Origin: Azolla caroliniana
Lineage: Eukaryota > Plantae > Polypodiophyta
Assembly (NCBI GenBank): GCA_043228905.1
Contig: JBHGNT010000011.1
Span: 18,352,001-18,416,000 of the forward strand
DNA length: 64,000 bases
Direction of reading: 5' to 3'
The translations under genes were made by a program, and so were the position numbers. Of this stretch, positions 52,650 to 64,000 are shown piece by piece. The notes beneath the pieces are model-generated. The model saw nothing but the letters and a program-made list of their open reading frames with translations, did no database searches and was not told where the DNA came from. Numbering within the stretch: position 1 is the stretch's first letter; each line of letters begins with the position of its first letter.

Positions 52650-53320
52650 TTTATGAACAGAAAAGATGAATGTTCTTCTTAAATCTAGAAAATCATGTTA
52701 CAGTGGAGATTGGGTCATGCAACAAACAAAAATAGAAATATAGAATCACATCTGACATATGCTTAGTTCAAGGTGTCAACAATATCTTTTTGTCTCTTTT
52801 ATCCACATATTCCAAGTTTTTATTGAACTTCTTAATTATTTCATGACGTGTGCCTACATATAGGTTGAAAGAACGGAGACGATGGACCATTGCATACGAT
52901 AATCTAATGTTGTCGTCACCAATTGGAGATTATTAATAGAACCATCCACTTCTACATAATACTTTTTATGCCAAGTTACCTAACACTCCTTGATTATGAA
53001 AGATATGTCCGAAGTGGAGGCATCCATCTTCGTATAAAAAATGCCAAGTTGAGTTTAGTATTTGATAATTGAAATATAAGATCAAGTCATGCATTGCAAT
53101 ACCTAGGCTTTGTTACATTTAAGGAAGGTGAAGTGTGGTGAAAAGTAGAGAATCAATGCAAAAGGTGCAAAATTTGTTACCTTTAAGGAAGGTGAACACG
53201 TACATCTCAAAGTTCCAATGGTTTAGAATCTCCTAGAAAATATTTTGTTTTCAACAAGGGGAAAATAGTTAGAGACTATTGTGATCCCAAAATGGTAGAC
53301 AAACATGTGGATGATGACAT
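52650..53320 (+). mobile_element. Possible decayed copia RT remnant
   Basis: Weak peptide traces (KYR...LVQGVN; HVDD near 53305). Confidence 0.3.
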
Positions 53321-55352
53321 ACGAAAGGGTTATGTGTGAAACCTAGGAATGGAGGAAGGGCATAAGGGCATATGACTACATGTTTAGATGTTTGGGCGGA
53401 AAGCCATTATCATTTTATAATTCTCTAAGTTGCAAGTGAATCAACCTTAACTTATATACACAAAAAATTCTACTTTCAAAGAGTCTCGTCAAGCTTGAAG
53501 GGACTAAAAGGATGTGTAAGAATTTGAGTATCTTTGATTGGCACAACAACTAGAGCGCATTAGTAGTTTTGACACACATCATCCTAATGGGATCTCATAC
53601 GCATTTGCACAAGTTCTACATAAAATGTGCATGCTCATCCCTAGGCCTATGGTCTAGAGACTACCCTTTCAATACTTATGAGGTGGGCATATGAGTTAAC
53701 CCTTTTAGTATAACTATGAACGGATCTTGGGAAAGAGAGCATCACACCATGGGCAAGCTCGTTTGATTTATTTTTGGATTCTAAGGAATTGTTCCCAAAT
53801 GGGCTACAAGCATTACTTTGTATTATCTTATGCGTTTGAAATTGATACAAAATCAAACTAATGTTGATTCCTAGTGTTTCAAAACTCAAGTTAATGGCGA
53901 TTTCTTAGAACCACTACAAATTGTTTCCTTACCTCATTGTTCATGTGTTTTAGAATTGTAAGAAAAGTCAAGATTATGGTGATTTCTCTCACATGACACT
54001 ACGCTACAATTAGTTTGTTATCTTACCTCATAGCTTATGCATGTAGCCTTACAAGAAAAGTCAATTATATGCATCGTTCTTTTGGTTGTTCCTTATACAT
54101 GAATGATAAAAAAGTATTTCCACAAATAGTTTATAAGCTTAAAAAGTCATAGGGCTTAGTATGGTGAAAAACTAATGGCTTCACATGCGGAAAACAAAAT
54201 TATGTTCCAACTTCATTGAACATAAATATGAGAAACAGAAATGATTATCATTCATTGTGCAATCAAGATTCATATTCATGATAAATGTTCGTGTCATTCA
54301 CAAAGTAACCAAAAAAAGATACAATTATGAGGAAATTCTACTAACATTTCATTGATATAAATATTAAGCAATGTAGACATTAGGTTTGCTTCAAAGTTGT
54401 AGGAAAATTGGCTATTTTAGGTTTGAATAAACTTGTTCCCACACCCTATTGTAGAAAGTGAAAGCAATATTACTACATCCCAAAATCCACATGTATATAT
54501 CTAGATGTTTTACACACACGTGCACTGATCTATATATACAAAGAGAGTTTGCTTGACAATAGTTACATTTTTCCACTTTCTTATGGGTATGGCGTATGTC
54601 TATTACTACATGTAGAGCTCATGTTTTGAGTTTTTATTGCATTACATATTCTTGAATGTGACATAATTGGCATACTGGAAGTATGATCCTCCTTTAACGA
54701 TGAGAGTTGTGTAGCTAGAAACATTCGCAAATGGAAATGCCCTTTTCAAGGAAATTATTTACCTCCATGTTGCAATCACTTGGCATTCCCCTAGTTTTAT
54801 TATCTAGAACTTTCAACATACTCCTTTGTCGAGTTGACCTTTTTAGCATTTTGTACGTATAGTTGAATTACATAAACTGCATGACATTGGTCATTTTGTG
54901 AATGTTTGAATTTAATTAATATAGATAGAAAGGTTTTATTATCATCACCAATGGTCAAGTGAAACATTTTTCGCATAGTGTTTTAAAGTCATTCTCAATG
55001 TTCTCGCATTTTCCTAATGAATGTTGTAATGGAGTGCACATTGTCATTGAGAAAGGGATTTAATAAGGTTAGTCAATGTTGACCATAGTGGGAACTCAAG
55101 CTTGTCTATGGTGAAAGGTAAAGTGTTGCATTAGATTGTAATACTTAGTTGTGAACTATGCATTTGAAGGCTTATTGGAAATGGATTTGGTATTTCTTTT
55201 TTTCCAAAAAAAACACTACTTCCCATTAGTTAGCAAAAGAATTACATCGAAGAACAACCATAATCAAAACAGCATAATCCTCACCTAACTATTTACAACA
55301 AGAGTAACCCACTGCCTCTTTTTACATAGTGACCACCATGGTGACCACATAT

Positions 55353-58300
55353 TCACAACGAAGCCAATGGCGGAAACAACCATCTTGGTGCTTGGTAATT
55401 CCATTTAGGACCAGACGCTGAATTAACCATCATAGGAGAGCGACCCCATTTCAGCAAAAACTTTGAGCGAGCCCTGTTTGCTGCATCCGAGTTCCCTTCA
55501 ATTGAGTTGTACTGTCCGCGCAGCCAAGATACCAGCTCGAACCAAATGTTTAGCAACACCTCACCGCTTGGGAGTTTTCGTTGCTGAAAAACAAACATAC
55601 ATCGTCTGGTCCAAATGTGCCAGACCGAGAAGCATGCCACCAACATCCATATCTCCTAAAAAAAAACCAGAGTTTGTACCAGGTTCTACTCCAACACTTT
55701 TGAATACACTGCCGCCCTGCAATATAAAACCATGACCATGTGGATTTAATTGTTCCGCCCAACCTTCCTTAGTTAGTTTCAAACCCTGTAAGGACCCCCA
55801 CACAACTCTCCCATTCACCCCGCATGCTGCCACTATCCTGAGACTTCGACCCCAAATGCTGATTGCCTCTGCACAATTCCAAAAACAGTGAGGTATCGAT
55901 TCCAAAGAGTGACCACATAACAGGCAACCAGCCTCCCCACCACGAGACCTCATCCACTCCCCTACTGGTAACGCCTTATGACTAAGAAGCCAAAACCACA
56001 CCTTGATTTTTTCTGGCATATCAGATGCCCATAGTCTCCGCCAAAACGACTTCAACAAGTCATCTGATATGCCTTTATCCCTCCAACTATTGCGAGTTTG
56101 AGCAGCACCCACTGATTTGGAGCCAATGATTTGCCTTCCGAGCTTAGTACTATAATCAAAAAACCCCACCAGTTTGTTCGTTCCCGGTTTTTGCCACCAT
56201 ACCTCTAGTGGATCCCACTCCAAATCATGTAGAGGCTTGTTGTCCAATAGCCATAGTTTACAATCATTATCTAGCTTCCATGGGTCTGGGTTTAATTGCC
56301 ACTTCTTACCTTCCAACACTGCCACCCGCACTGCCAACCACTGACCATTGTCGGACAAAGCACTTAGGTTTCCCCACAAACGATATTCATTAGATGGACA
56401 CTTGCCACGGATAATTTGTCCATCACTCTCACCTACAAACCACCCAGACCAGTCCCCCTCTTCCTTATCCAACCTATCTAGACCATCAATAGCCTTATTT
56501 ATCAGTTGGGTCACCTTCTCAAGCCTACAAGAAATGCTACCAAACTGACCCTCCCTTCTCTTCATTTTGAAAACATCCCACTCTCTTACTGAATTAACAT
56601 TGTACCCTAACATGCGGCCCCATGGCAAATATTTTTTCTGTCCAAGCATCATGCCGTCCTCGTTTCTAATCCTAGGGTTCCAAAATAACGGTTGTCGGAG
56701 TTGTTCCTCCAATGTTTTCGGTTGCATTAAGACCAACCCATCTCTTACACTTGACCAAGCCATCATTATGGCACGTGCCACCCTGTCCTCCATGCTATTT
56801 GGTTGTTTCAGCTTTAAATCTGGACTGAACAACCACCACATCTTTGCCTTCCAAGGGCCGCCATTCCTTGGACACCAAAGGTCAGCTCTATCCCTAAGAA
56901 GCAACTTCCACAGTTCAGGACCAGGTTGTAAACTTCGCACAAGTAGCTTACCTAGTAAAGCTTTACTTTGGTGAACTGGATCCACCAACCCAAGTCCACC
57001 TTGGTTTTTCGCCTTGATCAAACAACTCCACGCCACTTTAGCTGATGCCCTCTCATGGTCTCTACCCGACCATAGGAACCCTCTCACCATTGCCTTAATA
57101 TTTTTGATGCAAGTTTTGTCTAACACCCAACATGCCACCGAGTGCCACATGGTGGCTAACAAAATGTGGTTTACCACGACCACCCTCCCTGCAAGAGAGA
57201 GCTTTACTGATGCCCACACCCGAAGCTTTTTTCTGATTTTGTCTTTCACTTGCTCAAGTTGCTGATTTTTGGGTGTCTCAACGCCCACCAAAAAACCCAA
57301 ATATTTAACAGCCATTCCATTGGGGACCCATTGAAAATCAGCATTAGGGCACCAAAGAGGCCATGGGTTTGAACTTACCCAAAATCCCTTGCTTTTGTTC
57401 CAATTGATTTTCCCTCCCGATGCTCTACAAAACAACTCAATTCGACTTTCAGCAAGCTGTAAATTATCATCATTGCCTTGTAGATAGAGCATAGTGTCAT
57501 CTGCGTATGATGAGTCCAACAACTCCTTGCCCGCTTGTGGGACAACTAACCCCCTTATTCCTGCATCTGGTTTGTTTAAAAAGAAAGAGAATGCCTCTGC
57601 AATAAATAAATAAAGGTAGGGGGCCAACGGGCACCCTTGCCTGACAGACTTGCATAATGGAATTCGTGGGCCCCGATGCCCTGACACCATCACCCTACTC
57701 AAACTTCCTTCGTAAAGGGCTAACACAGCCGATCTCCATTTGGAGGGTAGTCCCAACCTCTCCATCACTTTATCTAAGAAAGGCCATTGTACTCTGTCAT
57801 ACGCCTTCTCGAAGTCAAGCATGAGACATACAATATGTTGATTGGTTTTCTTTGCCAAGGCAATCGCCTCCCAAAAGGTCAACACATTATCAATTATGCA
57901 TCTGTTTGCCATGAATCCTGTTTGTCCAACATTAATTAGTGCATTCAAGTGGGGTTTGACCCGCTTGGCCAATATATTGGCAAAAATCTTATATATTGTG
58001 TTGAGCAATGTAATCGGTCTCCATTGCCTTGCATCAGCTATTAGGCCTTGTACCTTTGGAATTAGAAATATCAGCCCCTCTTTAAAATGCTCAGGTAAAC
58101 GGCCAAGAGCCCATGCCTCATTAAGACCATCAACCAAGTCAACCTTAATCACTTCCCAAAAGTTTTCAAAAAAATCTCTTGATAATCCGTTGATGCCTGG
58201 ACAAGACGTTCTACATATACCCGCCAAAGCATCTGACACCTCCTCTTCCAAGATTGGCCTTGACAAATGAACTTGTGCAACCTCTGAAATTCTTTGTTGC

Positions 58301-59640
58301 ATACCCTCCAATACAAATTCTGTTAGATTAGGCTGTTCGGGGATAATAGAACTGTATGAGAGTAACCCACGATAGTGAGTTGTGATTGCCTCCATGATCT
58401 CTGACACATCCTCCGATGCTGATCCATCCTCCTTAATCAGCTTAGGATTGCACCTACAGTTTGATCTCGGCTTTTTATACTTAAAAAATTGATGATTTAC
58501 CTTATCCCCATTCTTGCTCCACCATGCCGCGGAACTCCTGAATAACATCGTGTTTCTAGACGTAATCAACCGTTGTAACGTTTCTCTAGCAGCCTCAAGA
58601 CCGGCTCTAGACCATTGACACGTGGGATCTTTTTGAAGCATTCTTTGGGCAGATGCTATTGATCTTCTTAATCCCACTTCTCTTTCTTTAGACTTTGCAA
58701 TTCTATTTTTAGTCTCTACGTGCAAATATAGTGAAGTTTCGATAATCTTTCTACTAAGTGTCTCAAGTGCACCACAACCAGCTGGCTTAGTTGCCCATAT
58801 GCACCTTATCTTACTTCCCACTTCCGCATCCTCAAAAAGCTTACTATTGATCCTCATGTTGCGGTCTCTATTTGGCCTCCTCTGATTGACTAATGTAATC
58901 TGAACCGGCATATGATCAGAGTAAGCTGAACCAGCGATTATTTCAACATTATTACCATATTTTTCAAGTTCTGAGCTTATGTAAATTCTGTCTATGCGAG
59001 ACATGCAAAAGCCATTTATACTACAACCTGCTCTTGAAAAGCTTAGTGAACTCCGAGGCTTTTCTAGAACATACCATGCATCTTTCACTCCTAATCGTCC
59101 CATCAACAGATCCCAAGCAACTAACTCTGACCCTTGGACCACTGTATGAGTGCCACCCACCTTGTCCTCTGTGTGCAAAGTCATGTTAAAATCCCCTGCA
59201 AGGATCCACGCATCTGCAAATGGCAAGCCATCAGCCAATTGCCTCCAAAAAACAGCCCACAAAGCGGACGAATTGGGGGCATACACGTTTACTATCCCAA
59301 CTATACATTGATGCCATCTTACCGACACACAAATGGCTTGTCCCTCCACTATGGTGTCCTGACCCACGACCACAATATCCGGATTGTGCCTAATAGATGT
59401 ACAAACACCTCCTTTTCTACCATGGTCACCCTGAGCTGGAGACCAAAATGTATGCCAATCCCCCTCAAGAGGATTGCCAATACTCAAGATTCTGTCCGCA
59501 CACAAATGATGCTCTTGCAAGAGCAAAATGTCCGGGATCCCCTTAAAGCACGGGGATTTGAACTCCTGACAAAAGTTCTTCCTTTCCAACATGCACTTGC
59601 TTCCACCAAGACCTTGTATGTTCCACGTGATTAACTTCAT
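55353..59640 (-). CDS. LINE ORF2 (APE endonuclease, reverse transcriptase, zf-RVT); one +1 frameshift near 55652-55666
   Basis: Endonuclease motifs TWNIQGL, LLQE, NVYAPN, GDFN, SRIDRIY, SDHMPV. RT motifs WRPITLLN..YKI, LDFEKAYDRV, RQGCPLAP, YADD, KYLG. Zinc finger CLLCGHSLESIPHCFWNC. The conserved tail WHIWTRRCMFVF lies in the next frame (55353-55646). Confidence 0.93.
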
Positions 59641-61913
59641 GAACATAATTGAGAGGTCTCCCAAGAAGGACAAAGTCCCTCCCCATGAATCCATGCCCAA
59701 CCTCCCGCATTGATCTTCTCCCATCCTAACACCACATCCTGCCTTATATCTTCTTCCAGTTCCTCCTCATGGAAGTGTAGCACCTCATAGAGGGAGTCTA
59801 CCTTCTCCTCTAGGCAAAATAATAGTTGCTTTTTAATGCAAGCATCATCGAAACTCCCACATGACATTCCAGTGGTCATCCACGTCGACATCCACTTATC
59901 CCCACTCAAGGTGACTGGCAGGCCGTTGAAGTATTTGTGTGCCTTGACTTCTATGGAGCTAGAGATACGTGCCATGTTACTAGCCGAAACCTCCAGGTCC
60001 AACAAATCAAATGAGAAGCCTAATTTCAGCAACTTGTTACGTTCAGCAATAATGACATAAACCCTCAGCCCTAAGGCCTCCTCATGACAAAAATCAATTA
60101 ATCTCGTGAGAGCCTGCTGGCTAAACTTACACCCCATGCCTAGAGTGCCCCTTTCTGAACTTTTGGCCCTAACAAATTTGACGGGAACTCTGACCGGTGC
60201 TTCACTACTTTCATGACGTGACACTTGTGGCTTCTGAAATTCGGAAGTGGTGGAAGAGCTTTCTTGACCTCTCCCCTTACGTAACCATTCTTTCATTGCT
60301 CTCAATCCAATACTTCCACTTTTACCAATGGAGGAGGGTGAGCTCATGACATTTTCTTGGCTAAGGTGTGTATTGTTTAGTAAAACATCGGGTGTGCACG
60401 CTACCACCTCTTCCATATTAGTTGTCCTTTGATCTTGTAGTGTGACACCCTCTTCTTGCAACACTGCAAAACGATTCCTCAAAACTACCTGAGGTGTAGC
60501 TGTGTTTCCTTCTTCTTGCAATCCATTTTTACGTCCCAAAACAAGAGACCAGACATTGGCATTAGCCTTCACATTCTCAGCCTCATTGAGAGTATTTTGG
60601 CTTGCCACCCTTGTCTTCTCTTGCTTACCTATCGGCCCCTTAAGCTTCTCCCTTTTTACGCTATTATTGATCTTCCTAGGGCATTCTTTAGCCATGTGAC
60701 CGTTTTTTTTACAGTAGAAACATTGACTAGGTAGACCCTCATATTCCACTTCCACATCTATCAGTCTTGCCTCCACATCATGCACCCTGATTATAGAGGG
60801 GAGAGAGGACAAACTTTGCACAAGCACCCTAATCTTAGGGGAGTCTCTGATTTTGTCTGCCATGGTTTCCTTTAAAGGACAAACTGTGCCAATCTTTGCC
60901 CCAATCTTTGGCATCAAGGGGTATAAATGTCGCGGAAGATTGGGAAATACCATAGATACCACCATGGGGTTACCAAGTTTTTTTGCTTCCTCCATAACAT
61001 TGAAATTAGGATGCCATTCCAATAAGAGAGCTCTTCCATATTTCAGCTCTACAAATTTCATATCAAGAATTTGTGATAGATTACTCCCCTCTGCCACTTC
61101 AATGTGAAAGAAATTACGTCCCATATTATCCACATTCTTTATATGTGGGATCCTATCCATTAGAGCTACCTGTAACATGTCACGAACCATACCCCTACTA
61201 GGCCTACCACCAAGTAATTTGCAAATGAACGAACACTTCGTTAATCTTCTAATCTCCGCATTTAAGGTTTCACTTTCTTCCTCGGACAGAAAAACATCAA
61301 GTATCTCAGAGCTTTCCTTCGATTCCAATTGCTTATCATAGTCCCCTATCCGACATGCATTATGTGCTTGACCACATTCATTCAAAAGGTTCTCCACCTG
61401 CATCATGTCCTCGGTGGCCTCCATTTCCACAACATCTAGCCCCTTATACGGCCCACCTTGTGGTCCCCGTTGCCTCTCTTCTACTTCCATATGCCATAAT
61501 GCATGGTTGGGGAGGTCTCCCCCACCCTCTTGCGTCCCTACCTCTTTATTCCAAGCTTTTGACTCTCCCCACACCCGTGAGTCCTCCCTATAATCAACTA
61601 TGAAGGCAGCCGCTGCCATACCGCTGGCGGGAGCCCTAACCTCCTCGCCCAACAATCCCCCATTATTAGTTTGATGCACTACTTCCTTGCATATCTTACT
61701 AATATCTCCACTGATGTGTTTCCCTACATCTTTCCACATGTTGTTTCCTTTCCTTTGTCCCAAAATCACTGCCTGTTGCTTCTCCCAATTCTTACTCATC
61801 CCTTGCAATGCATACCTCGACTCCACCCACCGTCCAGCTGGCCCCCTTGCCGCCGATGCTTTAGCTGCCACCATTGATGCTTTATTGCCCACTGTTGGCT
61901 CATTCACCACCAT
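59637..61913 (-). CDS. LINE ORF1 (DUF4283-like RRM region plus CCHC zinc knuckle), 758 aa
   Basis: ICKLLGGRP...MGRNFFHI...LEWHPNF...FPNLP..L..L...IG..IG followed by VEYEGLPSQCFYCKKNGHMAKECP. Confidence 0.9.
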   Translation of the reverse strand: MVVNEPTVGNKASMVAAKASAARGPAGRWVESRYALQGMSKNWEKQQAVILGQRKGNNMWKDVGKHISGDISKICKEVVHQTNNGGLLGEEVRAPASGMAAAAFIVDYREDSRVWGESKAWNKEVGTQEGGGDLPNHALWHMEVEERQRGPQGGPYKGLDVVEMEATEDMMQVENLLNECGQAHNACRIGDYDKQLESKESSEILDVFLSEEESETLNAEIRRLTKCSFICKLLGGRPSRGMVRDMLQVALMDRIPHIKNVDNMGRNFFHIEVAEGSNLSQILDMKFVELKYGRALLLEWHPNFNVMEEAKKLGNPMVVSMVFPNLPRHLYPLMPKIGAKIGTVCPLKETMADKIRDSPKIRVLVQSLSSLPSIIRVHDVEARLIDVEVEYEGLPSQCFYCKKNGHMAKECPRKINNSVKREKLKGPIGKQEKTRVASQNTLNEAENVKANANVWSLVLGRKNGLQEEGNTATPQVVLRNRFAVLQEEGVTLQDQRTTNMEEVVACTPDVLLNNTHLSQENVMSSPSSIGKSGSIGLRAMKEWLRKGRGQESSSTTSEFQKPQVSRHESSEAPVRVPVKFVRAKSSERGTLGMGCKFSQQALTRLIDFCHEEALGLRVYVIIAERNKLLKLGFSFDLLDLEVSASNMARISSSIEVKAHKYFNGLPVTLSGDKWMSTWMTTGMSCGSFDDACIKKQLLFCLEEKVDSLYEVLHFHEEELEEDIRQDVVLGWEKINAGGWAWIHGEGLCPSWETSQLCS

Positions 61914-62429
61914 GTTTCGTTGCCTCTGTGTAGTCCTACTACTAACCTTACACCCTAGTTGAAGAGACTTACTTGATTCATGAGGAGTAGGGAAACTCGA
62001 TACCGCTCGGCTGCGTTCGGGGCACTCTCTATTTAGAATTACATATTTTAATATATGTCTCGAAATTTTTCTGCACTAAGATATTGAGATCATGAAGAAA
62101 AGATGAAATATAATGTTTTGTTATATTGCCTTCAAAATTGCCATATCAAACAAATATTGGGGATGTTGCTTAACAAGAAAAATGATTCTTGGTATGTTAA
62201 CAATAAAAAACTTGTAACAAGTGTACAATACTCGAATTAAGTGGATTGTAGAATACCCTATTCTTAGTAGAAAATAAAGTGCAACTATATTTATAAACAC
62301 TTTCCAAACTTGGGCCTGTTAGAAAAATGTCTCTTCATTCACTAGTGATAATATATGTTGAGAGATAGACATTCTATTATTTTCATCAAAAGTTAAAAAT
62401 AATCAATCTATACAATCAAAGTGAGACAT

Positions 62430-63900
62430 TTTCATGTAGCCTATTTGGATTTGACGAGTCTCACTTTATGTGTAGAAATTGTACTAAACCAAGGAGTGAT
62501 GGATCATTATGATAATATAAAATCTATCATAAAGTTGTGGAGTCTTGACAAGTGGTGATAAAGACATGAGACGGTGCACGCATAGCTCACCCGTCGTGCC
62601 TCAAAGGTTTCCAATTATAAGAAGGACAAAAGTAACCTCTTATAACCCCGCAATATCTCAAGAACTCACAGAACAATTCAAAAGTGCACCAAAGGGAAAC
62701 TTGAGTTTACTTGTGGGAATATTTCAAAAAAACTAGGATGACATTTGGTATTTCTAGAAGTTATTGAATTGTCAAGTCTAAAATATAGGGTTTCCCAACT
62801 TTGCAATTCTTGAATCATAGATTTCCTTGGAGGCTTCACCTTAGGTGGATTGGAGATTTGCAAGAAGTAGGTGTCTTGAGATAGTAGAAATAAACGATGT
62901 TTATAGTAAGTTAAATTACAAGCATGAGTGGATGGTAGAGAGGGAGAATGAGGATTTATAAAATCCACCGCATGGTCATGACTCACGACATGCGATAGAT
63001 ATAGGTTCATAGTGAGCACTCCCTTTTGTTTTCCCCTCTTTCTCATCCATGGCCTAATCACATTGTCCAATTTATTCTTGTCAACTTGTTTGACTCCAGT
63101 CATTTGATCCCTCATGCCAATATCTGGGTTTTTTTTGAGCCCCACGAAAGGTGTGGACTGTTTTATGCATACATTTTATTAGGTTTTAGTTCATAGGTTT
63201 TGTTGAACTATGCACTCTAGTGATTGAAGAATCACTAGAGCTAGGTTTTATCAATTCCTGCTTCATAAACTAGGGCATTATCTAACTAGGAAACTCCTCA
63301 CTCTTACTCTCGAGACAAATATAAATAATAAAACATAATTGAAACTTAATATGTATATGTATATATATATATATTTATTTTGAAAAAAATATTCTTCATT
63401 AGTAGAATTCTCCACACATGACGAAATGATTAGGCTTAAAACATTACAATGGCTCTTGCCATGATGATCTATGAGAACCACAAATAAGGGTAGTGAAAGA
63501 CAAAAAAGGAATGATAGGAGACATCATATATGTACTGAACATAGAACGTCATCCTTCGTTCGAATGTGACCATGTCCTCCGGCTCCATAATTTAGAATAG
63601 TTGTCCTTGTTTTCCTGTCACTTATTCTCCACCTTGCAACTCCTATAATGTCACCTGAGATATGATGAATGATTTGTCGTAGAATGCGGTGGGCGCCTTG
63701 GTTAGCCCAAAACTATCCTCTCCCATGTCAACTCCAACCATGTCCTACATCTCCACGATCGCCAATAATATGCTTCTATAAAACCTCTAGAGTCCACACC
63801 ATCAACACTCAACTTTATCACAACCTCAAGAAGTATTCTTCATGTTTCCTGTTGAGAATCAAGCTCAACCTAATGCAACGTGTGAACACACCCTTTGAGA
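62430..63900 (-). mobile_element. Possible decayed copia-like remnant
   Basis: SMIQELQSWETL...TKCHPSFF resembles the copia RT start (AMxEExxSLxxNxTW...KxIxCKWVF). Weak. Confidence 0.35.
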
Positions 63901-64000
63901 ATCTATGATCACTCAAAGGTCAAGAGTCACGCCACTACTCTCTACACATTAACTGTGTGTCATAGAATCATATATTATGACACATAACTAATGAGTGACT

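Larger units (their letters stand above)
55195..62030 (-). mobile_element. Full-length L1-clade LINE retrotransposon (~6.8 kb)
   Basis: ORF1 and ORF2 on the minus strand, short 3' A-rich tail (T-run at 55192-55203 on +), imperfect 10-bp TSD ATTTGGTATT (55185-55194) / ATTTAGAATT (62031-62040), GC content above the flanks. Confidence 0.93.

Noticed and set aside
55463-61962. Plus-strand ORFs inside the LINE
   Set aside because: Antisense shadows of the long ORF1 and ORF2.

Overview
AT-rich eukaryotic land-plant genomic DNA with GT-AG introns, many microsatellites and layered transposon debris. The overall style suggests a large-genome plant such as a fern, but this is inference only. Five host genes are supported: (1) the 3' part of a DnaJ-domain gene (+, 4 exons, 2643-4214); (2) an intronless PLP-dependent, Moco-sulfurase-like protein (+, 8309-10882); (3) an RLCK-VII-related pseudokinase (+, 4 exons, 29087-32443); (4) an acidic, internally repetitive protein of unknown function ending in HCICCA (-, 42233-44536); (5) an intact PBL/RLCK-VII kinase (-, 6 exons, 48268-50877). 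Mobile DNA includes a near-intact ~6.8 kb L1-type LINE (-, ~55195-62030), a 3'-truncated Ty1/copia element with 5' LTR and tRNA-Met PBS (+, 13058-~16976), a ~1 kb TG...CA solo-LTR-like element containing a tRNA-like Pol III unit (33614-34638), and a decayed Ty3/gypsy element (-, ~35650-40250). The gypsy remnant is interrupted by a MITE and by an intron-free fragment of a SAC1/FIG4 phosphoinositide-phosphatase gene. No CRISPR array, rRNA or functional tRNA was seen. I cannot establish a new biological system from this sequence. The best leads are the tRNA-like unit inside the putative LTR, the host-gene fragment sitting where the gypsy RT core should be, and the LINE's ATGA-coupled ORFs with an unexplained ORF1 C-terminal domain. 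All calls were made by eye, with no database searches.
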